Shown here piece by piece: positions 18,269-27,805 of a DNA stretch of 64,000 bases. Position numbers and translations under genes: made by a program. The first letter of the stretch is position 1. Every line of letters starts with the position of its first letter. The DNA is from a virus (lineage: Duplodnaviria > Caudoviricetes). The notes under the pieces were generated by a model that saw only the letters and a program-made list of their open reading frames with translations, did no database searches and had not been told where the DNA came from. The stretch lies in the IMG/VR virus record IMGVR_UViG_3300025840_004398. One strand, written 5' to 3'.

Positions 18269-18502
18269 ATGACAGAAGAACAATTCAAACAATTGATGGA
18301 GGTTCTAAACGATATACTCGAATCAACTCAGAATATTGAAGATGCAATCTACGATGCAAACTTCAAAGAACACAATGAGAAAGTAGAGTGGAATCTATGG
18401 GAAATCCATAACTTAGCAAAAATTAAATTTAAAGGTTCAGAAAATAGACCATCACGAGATGCAGAGAGAACGCAGGAATCGGAGGAAAGTTCAGAATCAT
18501 AA
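18269..18502 (+). CDS. Hypothetical acidic protein
   Basis: ORF-track frame 18257..18502; ATG 18269 directly follows the upstream stop. No recognisable motif. Confidence 0.45.
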   Translation: MTEEQFKQLMEVLNDILESTQNIEDAIYDANFKEHNEKVEWNLWEIHNLAKIKFKGSENRPSRDAERTQESEESSES

Positions 18503-19898
18503 ATTAGGTATTATAGTTCCATACAGAGATAGACCTCAACAACTAAAGAGGTTCGTCAAACATATGGGAGAATATCTAACTGATTTGGACTATCAAATAT
18601 TCATCATCGAACAATCAGATGGTAAGCCATTTAATCGTGGTAAACTTCTGAATATTGGATACAAATTCGCATGCGATAATGGATGTGATTATTTTGTATT
18701 TCATGATGTTGATATGTTACCTGAGGATGTAGATTATTCTTATTCAGATAAACCTTTACATTTAGCAACTCACTTACAAGAACACGATTACGAAACCACA
18801 TTCTTTGATTACTTTGGTGGAGTAACTATGTTCAACAAAGAAGATTTCGAATTGATAAACGGATTCTCCAACGAATATTGGGGTTGGGGATTCGAAGATG
18901 ATGACCTACTGATTAGATGTATTGAATCTGATTTAGAAATAGATAAAGAGTGTATTCAAAAAGAATATGATATTACTGAATATGAGTCTTTTAAATTCAA
19001 TGGTACAAGTTCATTTATAAAAATTAAATCGGATGATAGTAAATTATTAGAAGATAGTTTTACCTTATCTGTTCTCGTAAAACCAGAAAATATTTTACTC
19101 AATGAAAACAAAGAATATGATGAGTTTCCAATATTAGTAATACCTGGATATGACATTGGGTTCTTTTACGATTCATTTAGAAGATTTAGATGCCAGATTT
19201 ATGATAAAAATAAAAAACCATATTCTATAACATCAGATATTATAGGAGAATCTTGGTTACATTTAACGATGACGTATGAAGATAGAAAACTATCATTGTA
19301 TATTGACGGTAAACTATATAACACAATTATAACCGATGATGATTTAATAGAAATATCAAGTGATATTATTTTTGTAGGTACATCGAGTGATGTGAAAACA
19401 AATAATAATTTCTTTTATGGATTAATATCAAATGTTGAGGCTTACGAAATATCACTTGTAAAAGATGAGGTTTATGAAATATATAAAAATTCAAAATATC
19501 CTAAGATTAGAAATTTTGGAAAATTTTATGCATCTGAATACTTGGTAAATCATATTTTACCTGAAAATTCTAATGAAGAATATTGTATAGATTTATCTGG
19601 TAATGGTAAAGTAGAATTAAATGATGTTGGTATAATAAAATTAAAGAATAATCAAAAAACTTTTTTACCAAAGCCGTATCGTAGAAACTCAAGATTTAAA
19701 TCATTAGTTCATAAATCAAATTCTTCTGTTGGAAATAAATGGATTCATGGTGAAACACGAAAAAATCAATTAAAATATTACAACAAAATAAGACAACATG
19801 AAGTAGATTTTAGAATAGATGGACTGAATACATTGCGATATAAATTGGTAAAGGAAAAAGAAAATAAAAAAGTAAAACAAATATCAGTAGAGTTATGA
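18459..19898 (+). CDS. GT7 glycosyltransferase with LamG/ConA-like insert
   Basis: LGIIVPYRDR, PFNRGKLLN, FHDVDMLP, YFGGV, SNEYWGWGFEDDDL; LamG-like FTLSVLVKP...WLHLTMTY...LYIDG; then RFKSLVH...DGLNTLRY. Confidence 0.85.
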   Translation: MQRERRNRRKVQNHKLGIIVPYRDRPQQLKRFVKHMGEYLTDLDYQIFIIEQSDGKPFNRGKLLNIGYKFACDNGCDYFVFHDVDMLPEDVDYSYSDKPLHLATHLQEHDYETTFFDYFGGVTMFNKEDFELINGFSNEYWGWGFEDDDLLIRCIESDLEIDKECIQKEYDITEYESFKFNGTSSFIKIKSDDSKLLEDSFTLSVLVKPENILLNENKEYDEFPILVIPGYDIGFFYDSFRRFRCQIYDKNKKPYSITSDIIGESWLHLTMTYEDRKLSLYIDGKLYNTIITDDDLIEISSDIIFVGTSSDVKTNNNFFYGLISNVEAYEISLVKDEVYEIYKNSKYPKIRNFGKFYASEYLVNHILPENSNEEYCIDLSGNGKVELNDVGIIKLKNNQKTFLPKPYRRNSRFKSLVHKSNSSVGNKWIHGETRKNQLKYYNKIRQHEVDFRIDGLNTLRYKLVKEKENKKVKQISVEL

Positions 19899-20305
19899 GT
19901 GAAACACCAGAAATAGGAATAATTGCAGGTAACTTTGATGTTCTACATCCTGGTTATCTAAAGATGTTTCAAGAAATTGAAAATCATTGTGAAAAACTAT
20001 TTATATTATTACACGATGACCCAACCATTGAAAGACCACATAAGAAAAAACCAATTCTTTCGGTAAACGAAAGAAGAGAGATGTTAAAACAGTTTACATG
20101 GCACCACACTATACTTACTTATAATACAGAAGAAGAACTTCTGTTCTTAATTAAAAGTATAGACCCTGATATAAGATTCTTAGGAGATGATTATGTAGAT
20201 AAATCTTATACAGGTGATAATTTAGGAATACAAGTTCATTGGATAAATCGTTCACATGGTTGGAGTACCACAAAATTTAAACAAGCAATTGCAGATTCAA
20301 TATGA
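19895..20305 (+). CDS. Cytidylyltransferase (TagD/HldE-C-like HIGH family)
   Basis: GNFDVLHPGY, ERREML, GDDY, RSHGWSTTK. Confidence 0.8.
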   Translation: MSETPEIGIIAGNFDVLHPGYLKMFQEIENHCEKLFILLHDDPTIERPHKKKPILSVNERREMLKQFTWHHTILTYNTEEELLFLIKSIDPDIRFLGDDYVDKSYTGDNLGIQVHWINRSHGWSTTKFKQAIADSI

Positions 20306-21750
20306 AATTAGGAGTTTGTGTACCATATAGAAATAGAGAAGCACACTTAAAAGAGTTTGTACCAAGAGTTGGTAAATATCTTGAAGAACAAGGTATAGAA
20401 TATTGTATGTACTTTGGACATCAAGTTGATGACAAACTTTTTAACAGAGGAGCAATGAAAAACATTGCAGCTAAACACGCATTTGAAGATGGGTGTGATT
20501 ATATAGTTTGGCATGATATAGATATGATACCACAAAAAGATGGAGGTGCAGACTATTCATATCCAAAAGAAAATCCAATTCATATAGCTACAAACATTTC
20601 ACAAATGAATTACAAACTAAAGTATGAAGAATATTTTGGTGGTGCTGTTTTATTTACCAAGGAACAAGTTGAAAAAACCAATGGTTATTCTAATGATTAT
20701 TGGGATTGGGGAATGGAAGATGATGATTTGTTTTGGAGATGTGTATTGGAAGGATACGCCAACGATACTTACATGGATTTTACAGAAGAACCACAATCAT
20801 ATCTATCTTTCAATGGAACCAATTCGTATGTTCACATACCATGTACAAGACCATTAAGAAACTTAACTTCTCGTTCACACACCATTTCAGTTTTAGTTCG
20901 TGCTCACCAACAAGAAGAAAAAGTTCCAATTTGGTTAGTTGGTGACGAAGAAAGACAATTCTGTGAATATCCCATTCTTAGGAGACCTGGATTTGATTAC
21001 GGATTAAGTTATAATAATTCTAGAGCTTACACCTCCCAACTTTGGAACAACCAAAGAGAACATCTTTATCAATGGATGAAAAGATATGAAAATCAATGGA
21101 GTTGGGTAACACTTGTAGTAAACGACAATAATATTCATTTCTATATGAATGGTAAAGAATCAGACGCACGATGGGGTACTGGGACTCAATCACCTCTTCA
21201 TTTTGAAGGTTCTTTAAAAAGATATGGAAATGTTGACTATTATTTAGGAACAACAACATCTGTAAAGGAAGGAGATGTGTCAAAATGGTTCAAAGGAGAT
21301 ATTGCAGATGTTAGAATGTGGAATAGAGCTTTAACATCGGAAGAAGTTAAAGAAATTTCAAAAACCATTATAGACGATAGTTTAGTAATTCATTATGATT
21401 TTTCAGATGGAACCGCAAAGGATTTAAGTGGTAGAGAAAATCATGGAACTCAATATAATTGTGAAATTAATAGTGGAAGTATAAAATTACCACATACAAT
21501 CGTTCCCCATAGAAAACCCGGTAGATTAGAATGTTTAGACCATGAAGATGAGGGTTTGGTAGTTGACAAACAAGGTATTATGAAATGGGCTAAGGGTGAA
21601 ACTACTGCTAGAAACGAAAGAAGATTTGTTAAACAGATGCAGGCTGGTGAATGGGACTATAAGTCCGATGGAATAAATTCACTTAAATATAATTTAGTCA
21701 GTATAGAAGAAATAACAGATAAGGCTAAATTTATAAATGTTACTTTATGA
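20302..21750 (+). CDS. GT7 glycosyltransferase with LamG/ConA-like insert
   Basis: LGVCVPYRNR, FNRGAMKN, WHDIDMIP, YFGGAV, SNDYWDWGMEDDDL; LamG WSWVTLV...FYMNG...FKGDIADVRMWNRALT; then GRLECLDH...DGINSLKY. Confidence 0.85.
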   Translation: MKLGVCVPYRNREAHLKEFVPRVGKYLEEQGIEYCMYFGHQVDDKLFNRGAMKNIAAKHAFEDGCDYIVWHDIDMIPQKDGGADYSYPKENPIHIATNISQMNYKLKYEEYFGGAVLFTKEQVEKTNGYSNDYWDWGMEDDDLFWRCVLEGYANDTYMDFTEEPQSYLSFNGTNSYVHIPCTRPLRNLTSRSHTISVLVRAHQQEEKVPIWLVGDEERQFCEYPILRRPGFDYGLSYNNSRAYTSQLWNNQREHLYQWMKRYENQWSWVTLVVNDNNIHFYMNGKESDARWGTGTQSPLHFEGSLKRYGNVDYYLGTTTSVKEGDVSKWFKGDIADVRMWNRALTSEEVKEISKTIIDDSLVIHYDFSDGTAKDLSGRENHGTQYNCEINSGSIKLPHTIVPHRKPGRLECLDHEDEGLVVDKQGIMKWAKGETTARNERRFVKQMQAGEWDYKSDGINSLKYNLVSIEEITDKAKFINVTL

Positions 21751-23129
21751 GTACATTTCAAGATATAAAAAATAAACTTGATGGAGTTGGTTGTGGTTTT
21801 TGTTTAGCAAAATGGACACAAGTCACTATGCATTTACACAATGGATTAACACATTCCTGTCACCACCCATCACCTCATAAAATACCTTTAAGAGAGATAG
21901 AAAGAAATCCTACCGCCCTTCACAACACAAGATTTAAAAAATCAGCTAGAAGGGAAATGTTATCCAACGAAAGACCAAAGGAGTGTGATTATTGTTGGAA
22001 TGTGGAGGATAATTCGGAAAGATTTTCAGATAGGGTATTAAAATCTTCAGAACCCTGGTCAATTGTGGATTTTGAAAAAATTAAATCATCTTCTTTTAGA
22101 GACAACTTCAATCCAAGGTACGTTGAAGTTTCTTTTTCTAACACTTGTAATTTTAAGTGCTCATATTGTTCTCCTTTATTTTCATCAAAATGGATGGAAG
22201 AAGTAAAACAATTAGGACCATACCCCACAAGTGATAAATTCGGCAGACTTGATGTATTAAAAGAAGAAAACAAAATACCATATCTACAATCTGAACATAA
22301 CCCATATGTAGAAGCATTTTGGAAATGGTGGCCTAATTTATATCGTGATTTGCATACTTTTCGAATTACTGGTGGAGAACCACTTTTATCAAAAGACACT
22401 TGGAAAGTTTTGGATTATATTATAGAAGAACCAAATCCAAATAAAAAGTTAAATCTTTCAATAAATACCAACTTAGGAATACCTGATAATTTATTTAATA
22501 AATTTATAGAAAAAATAGATAAGATTATATCTGAAGATAGGGTAAATGAATTTATAGTTTATACTTCATGTGATACTTGGGGAGAACAGGCGGAATATAT
22601 ACGAAACGGATTGGAGTTTAATAGATTTTGGGATAATATAAACATAATATTAGAAAAACTTCCAAAAGTTACTGTTGTTATAATGAGTACATATAATATG
22701 TTTTCACCATTTGGGTATAATAAACTACTTGAGGAAGTATACAAATTAAAAAAAGAATATGCCAATGATGAAAGATATTGGAATCATTCCATAATTTTAG
22801 ATACCGCATATCTAAGATATCCAAAACATCAAACAGTACAACTTTTAGATGATACTCACAAAGAAATAATAAGAAGTAATGCTGAATACGCATATTACCA
22901 TTCCTCACCTGTATTTACAAAATCAGAATTGGGATTTACTGGAGTTGAAATAAATAAAATTAAAAGAATTTATGATTGGTCTATATCAGAAATAGATAAT
23001 GAAATTTTAAACAGAGAAAGAAACAACTTTGTAAAGTTTGTTGATGCTCATGATAAGAGAAGGGGAACTAATTTTTTAAAAACATTTCCTGAGTTGGAAG
23101 ATTTATACTATAAAATAAAAAACAAATGA
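21747..23129 (+). CDS. Radical SAM enzyme with N-terminal twitch-like Fe-S domain (subfamily A)
   Basis: FCLAKW...SCHHP...ECDYCW; CxxxCxxC NTCNFKCSYC; TGGEP; C-terminal RRGTNFLKTFPEL. Confidence 0.9.
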   Translation: MSTFQDIKNKLDGVGCGFCLAKWTQVTMHLHNGLTHSCHHPSPHKIPLREIERNPTALHNTRFKKSARREMLSNERPKECDYCWNVEDNSERFSDRVLKSSEPWSIVDFEKIKSSSFRDNFNPRYVEVSFSNTCNFKCSYCSPLFSSKWMEEVKQLGPYPTSDKFGRLDVLKEENKIPYLQSEHNPYVEAFWKWWPNLYRDLHTFRITGGEPLLSKDTWKVLDYIIEEPNPNKKLNLSINTNLGIPDNLFNKFIEKIDKIISEDRVNEFIVYTSCDTWGEQAEYIRNGLEFNRFWDNINIILEKLPKVTVVIMSTYNMFSPFGYNKLLEEVYKLKKEYANDERYWNHSIILDTAYLRYPKHQTVQLLDDTHKEIIRSNAEYAYYHSSPVFTKSELGFTGVEINKIKRIYDWSISEIDNEILNRERNNFVKFVDAHDKRRGTNFLKTFPELEDLYYKIKNK

Positions 23130-23809
23130 TTATAGAAAAAGAAAAACCATGGTTATTGTGGCCAAGTAAATCTTCTCATGGGATATCAAAAGGAGACATA
23201 CAAAATGTTTTAGAAGGTCATGATGACTTTACTTTTAGTATGAGAATAAAAGTATTATCTAAAGAACCAAATAAAAGAACGATATTTTCAAAGTTACCTA
23301 ATTATATGGGTATAGATGTTGAAAACGAAAATAATAATATTTTATTTATTTGTACAATAAGAAAAGGTGATGTAGTTGAACCAAAGTATATTTTTTTAAA
23401 TGACACCCTTGGTTGGGATTGGAATTTTATTTCTATAAAATATTCAAAAAAATATAATCTAATAGTTTTAGATGTAAATGGTTCTATTTTACATGAACTT
23501 CAATTAAAAGAAGATGAATCAATAGAATCTTTTGATGATTCTCATTTTATATTTGGAGCTGGTAATTTTCCTCACAATGGATTTAATTTAAATTATTCTG
23601 AGTTTGATGTTGATTTTTTATGTATATCAAAAGAATATTTAGAACAAGACGATATCGAAACATTATATAAGAGTGAATCAACAGATAATAAAAATGTAAT
23701 TGGTTTGTATAATTTTAGTAAAAAAACCGATTATCAAATTTTTGATTTAACAAACAATTATAATCTAATACACAGAATGTTAGATTCAACTTCATATTTA
23801 AAAGAATGA
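23126..23809 (+). CDS. Stand-alone LamG/ConA-like domain protein
   Basis: FTFSMRIK...WNFISIKY...LDVNG...FIFGAG pattern resembles the GT7 inserts; ATGA-coupled on both sides. Confidence 0.45.
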   Translation: MIIEKEKPWLLWPSKSSHGISKGDIQNVLEGHDDFTFSMRIKVLSKEPNKRTIFSKLPNYMGIDVENENNNILFICTIRKGDVVEPKYIFLNDTLGWDWNFISIKYSKKYNLIVLDVNGSILHELQLKEDESIESFDDSHFIFGAGNFPHNGFNLNYSEFDVDFLCISKEYLEQDDIETLYKSESTDNKNVIGLYNFSKKTDYQIFDLTNNYNLIHRMLDSTSYLKE

Positions 23810-25182
23810 AACACTACGAAAGTATAAAACATCAGTTAGATAGTGTATCTCCAAGTTTTTGTATAGCTAAGTGGGCTCAACTTACTTTGTATTTACAAAC
23901 GGGATACAACCATTCTTGTCACCACCCAACTCCACATAAAATTCCATTAGAAGAAGTTTTAGAAAATCCAAAGGCACTTCATAATACTCAGTTTAAAAAA
24001 GCTCAAATGAGAAAAATGTTGGAAGGTGAAAGACCTGCTGAATGTGAGTACTGTTGGAAAATAGAAGATTTGGGAAAAGGATATCTTAGTGATAGAGTCT
24101 ATAAATCAGCACATGAATTTTCACAAGAAAAGATAGAAGAAATTGTTACAAGAAAAACCGCTGATATTGAACCAAGTTATTTAGAAATTAGTTTTTCTAA
24201 CACCTGTAATCTTAAATGTGCGTATTGTTCACCTGATATATCTTCAACTTGGATGCAAGAAATAGAACAACATGGTGGTTATCCTACAACATCTAATTAT
24301 AATAATTTAGAGTGGTTTAAACAAAACCAAAAAATGCCATACAAACACTCGGAAGAAAATCCATATGTAGATGCCTTTTGGAAATGGTGGCCGGAACTAT
24401 CACCAAAATTACATACACTAAGGTTAACAGGTGGTGAACCACTTCTATCAAAAGATGTTTGGAAAATTATAGATAGTATTATAGAAAATCCAAATCCAAA
24501 GTTAGTTTTTTGTATAAACACAAACTTGTTAGTACCTGATAATTTAATTGATAAGTTAATTGAAAAATTAAATATACTTGATGGTAAATTAAAAGAGATA
24601 CAAATATTTTCTAGTGGTGAAGCAACAGGAAAATCAAATGAATACATTAGATTTGGAACTAATCATGAAAAGTGGAAGAAAAACTTTGAGAAAGTATTAT
24701 CTCAAACAAAAAATGTATTAGTTGCAAACATGACAACGGTAAACCTAACTAGTGTAAACACCTATTGTGATTTTATAAGGTATCTTTTAGATATGAGAAG
24801 TATTTATAACAAAGAAGTTACTTTTGATAAAGTACAATTTATGACCAACTATTTAAGATATCCTGAATTTTTGGCAATAACCTTATTAGATAATGAAACA
24901 AAAGATAAATTCAAATCAGACGTTGAAAAACTAATAGAAGAAAGAAAGTTTGGTAAATGGAAAGATACAGAATATGGGTATCTAACAAATGAACAAGTTG
25001 ACCAGTTGAATAGATTGATTGACCATATGTATAAAAATACATTTGAAGATGAAGAAAAGTTAAAAACTATTCGTAGAGATTTTTATTCATTTATTGTTGA
25101 ATACGACAAAAGAAGAAATACTAATTTTTTAGAAACTTTTCCTGAATTAGAAAAATTTTATAAGTTATGTCAAGAAGCTTAA
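23806..25182 (+). CDS. Radical SAM enzyme with N-terminal twitch-like domain (subfamily A)
   Basis: FCIAKW...SCHHP...ECEYCW; NTCNLKCAYC; TGGEP; RRNTNFLETFPEL. Confidence 0.9.
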   Translation: MKHYESIKHQLDSVSPSFCIAKWAQLTLYLQTGYNHSCHHPTPHKIPLEEVLENPKALHNTQFKKAQMRKMLEGERPAECEYCWKIEDLGKGYLSDRVYKSAHEFSQEKIEEIVTRKTADIEPSYLEISFSNTCNLKCAYCSPDISSTWMQEIEQHGGYPTTSNYNNLEWFKQNQKMPYKHSEENPYVDAFWKWWPELSPKLHTLRLTGGEPLLSKDVWKIIDSIIENPNPKLVFCINTNLLVPDNLIDKLIEKLNILDGKLKEIQIFSSGEATGKSNEYIRFGTNHEKWKKNFEKVLSQTKNVLVANMTTVNLTSVNTYCDFIRYLLDMRSIYNKEVTFDKVQFMTNYLRYPEFLAITLLDNETKDKFKSDVEKLIEERKFGKWKDTEYGYLTNEQVDQLNRLIDHMYKNTFEDEEKLKTIRRDFYSFIVEYDKRRNTNFLETFPELEKFYKLCQEA

Positions 25183-26507
25183 AAGAAACATCAGATATAA
25201 TAAATTCAATATCCCCATCCTTTTGTGCAGCAAAATGGTATAACGTATCCATATGGTTGGGTAATGGAAGAACCGCTTCTTGTCATCATCCACTTGCTCA
25301 TTATATTCCAAAAATGGAATTAGACAAAAACCCCTCAGCAGTTCATAATACTAAATTTAAAAAAGAAAGAAGAAAGGAAATGCTTGAGGGAGTTAGACCC
25401 GATGAGTGTTCTTATTGTTGGACTGCCGAAGATGCTGCAAAAAAGAATGGAGAAGAAATATTTTCGGATAGAGTATATCAATCAGATAGATACACAACAG
25501 AAGAGATACTTGCTATAAAAGATATACCATGGACACGAGATGTAATTCCGAAAACAGTCGAATTGGCATTTGATAACCTATGTAACTTGGCGTGTTCTTA
25601 TTGTAATGCAGAATTTTCATCAACATGGGCAAGAGATATTGGAACAAAAGGGCCATATGAAGGAATGATAACATCTGGTGGAAAAACTTTTGAAAATGAT
25701 GGTTCTCACGCAATGCCATTTGGGAATAAAAACGAAGGAAACACTTATGTTGAAAAATTCTTTGAATGGTTTCCTATGATTAGAAGGGGACTGCAAGAAT
25801 TAAGAGTATCTGGTGGTGAACCATCTCGTTCACCTTCATTTTGGAGACTATTGGACATTTGTGATAACGATAACTTCGATTTCGCAGTAAATTCAAATTT
25901 AATTATGGATGAAGTCAGACTACAAAAATTAATAGACTCATCCGATAAATTTAAATCATTCGATATATATACTTCTGCTGAATGTGGTGGTAAATTACAA
26001 GAATTTGTAAGAGATGGATTTGATTGGAAACTGTGGGAAGATAATATGTGGAAAGTTGCCAATTCTGGTAAAATAAATGGACTACATATTATGATGACCG
26101 TATCTGTTTTGAGTGTATGGACTATTCATGAATTCTTAAAAATGATTATAGAATGGAGAAAAAAAATAGGACATAAAGAAATATTTTATATGTCCGTTAA
26201 TATAGCTAGATTCCCATCATTTCAAAATGTTAATATAATCGAACAAAGTATAAAAAACGAATTGGCAGATAAAATAGAATCTGCTCTAAATGAATCGAGA
26301 GAGTGGATGCATGAATGGGAACAAAATCACTATGAAAGATTGATTGTATATTTAAGAAACGTAGTTCAGTCATATGAAGATAAAGATACAATGGAAAATA
26401 AAAGAAGTGATTTTAAAAACTTTATACAACAATATTCTAAAAGAAGAAACAAACCACTTGATGAATATTTACCAGAAGAAACATTAACTTGGTTAAATAA
26501 TATCTAA
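25167..26507 (+). CDS. Radical SAM enzyme with N-terminal twitch-like domain (subfamily A)
   Basis: FCAAKW...SCHHP...ECSYCW; NLCNLACSYC; SGGEP. Confidence 0.9.
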   Translation: MSRSLKETSDIINSISPSFCAAKWYNVSIWLGNGRTASCHHPLAHYIPKMELDKNPSAVHNTKFKKERRKEMLEGVRPDECSYCWTAEDAAKKNGEEIFSDRVYQSDRYTTEEILAIKDIPWTRDVIPKTVELAFDNLCNLACSYCNAEFSSTWARDIGTKGPYEGMITSGGKTFENDGSHAMPFGNKNEGNTYVEKFFEWFPMIRRGLQELRVSGGEPSRSPSFWRLLDICDNDNFDFAVNSNLIMDEVRLQKLIDSSDKFKSFDIYTSAECGGKLQEFVRDGFDWKLWEDNMWKVANSGKINGLHIMMTVSVLSVWTIHEFLKMIIEWRKKIGHKEIFYMSVNIARFPSFQNVNIIEQSIKNELADKIESALNESREWMHEWEQNHYERLIVYLRNVVQSYEDKDTMENKRSDFKNFIQQYSKRRNKPLDEYLPEETLTWLNNI

Positions 26508-26509
26508 CT

Positions 26510-27805
26510 ATGCAAAGAAAAGAAGAAAAACCTGGAGATAAAATATCACCTACATTTTGTATTTTACCTTGGATACATTTAAACACATGGCCCAATGGTA
26601 ACGTATATCCTTGTTGTCTTACTGATTGGAGAGAAGATATCGGCAACATGAAAGATAATACTCTTGAAGAGTTATGGAATGGTGATATCATGAAGGAAAT
26701 CCGAAGGTTTATGTTGGAAGGTAAAAAACATCATAGTTGTAGAAAATGTTTTCAACAAGAAGATTATGGATTGGATTCTACAAGAGAATCTTCCAATAGA
26801 CACTATGAACATCATATAGACACAATCACAAACAACACCACACCAGACGGATACAATAATGATTTTAAATTACTATATTGGGATTTCAGATTTTCTAATT
26901 TATGTAACTTTAAATGTAGAATGTGTGGTTCATTTCTTTCATCAAAATGGTATGAAGATGAAGTTAAAATATTCGGAGGGTCTGTATTACCTCAGGCAAT
27001 CATAAATGTTGATGATTATTCAAAAAAAGGAATTAAGTTTTACTTAGACAAGTTTATTGATGAGGTAGAAGAAATTTATTTTGCAGGAGGAGAACCTCTT
27101 TTGATGGATGAACATTATTATATTTTAGAAGAACTTACTAAAAAGAAAAATTTCGATGTAAGACTTAGATACAACACAAACTTAGGATTTTTAAAATTTA
27201 AAAAATGGGATAATTTAGAGCTTTGGAAACCATTTAAAGAAAGAAGTGATTTAAATGTAAATATTTTTGCATCAATTGATGCCTATGGACCAAGAGCGGA
27301 ATACTCAAGAAAAGGAACAAAATGGCCAACGATAGAAAATAATATAAAAAGATTAATTGAAGCCGGATTTAATTTTCATATTAGTTGTACTACAAATATA
27401 TTTAACGTATTTCATGTTCCTGATTTGGTAGATGAAATGATTCGAATTGGAGTTCCATATTATTCAATACAGTTAAATAATGTATTAACGAATCCAAATT
27501 ATTATCACATTAATATACTACCTAAAGAATTAAAAGATAAAGTTACTGAAAAATATAACAAACACTTGGATTCTATGGAATCTCATATTAGGGATGAATT
27601 TATTCCAAAATATGAAAGTATATTTAATTTTATGAATGAAGAGGTTGATGGTGATGTAGAAGAAATAAGAGTTGCTTTTAAAGAATTAACTGTAAAATTA
27701 GACAAGGGTAGAGAAGAAAACTTTGAAGAAGTTTTTCCAGAACTAAAAGAATGGTTTAATTCTATTAGAAAAGACGAAGATGAAACATGGAAAAAAATAT
27801 TATGA
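26510..27805 (+). CDS. Radical SAM enzyme with N-terminal twitch-like domain (subfamily B)
   Basis: CILPWIHL...PCC...SCRKC; NLCNFKCRMC; AGGEP; RYNTN; FPEL. Confidence 0.9.
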   Translation: MQRKEEKPGDKISPTFCILPWIHLNTWPNGNVYPCCLTDWREDIGNMKDNTLEELWNGDIMKEIRRFMLEGKKHHSCRKCFQQEDYGLDSTRESSNRHYEHHIDTITNNTTPDGYNNDFKLLYWDFRFSNLCNFKCRMCGSFLSSKWYEDEVKIFGGSVLPQAIINVDDYSKKGIKFYLDKFIDEVEEIYFAGGEPLLMDEHYYILEELTKKKNFDVRLRYNTNLGFLKFKKWDNLELWKPFKERSDLNVNIFASIDAYGPRAEYSRKGTKWPTIENNIKRLIEAGFNFHISCTTNIFNVFHVPDLVDEMIRIGVPYYSIQLNNVLTNPNYYHINILPKELKDKVTEKYNKHLDSMESHIRDEFIPKYESIFNFMNEEVDGDVEEIRVAFKELTVKLDKGREENFEEVFPELKEWFNSIRKDEDETWKKIL

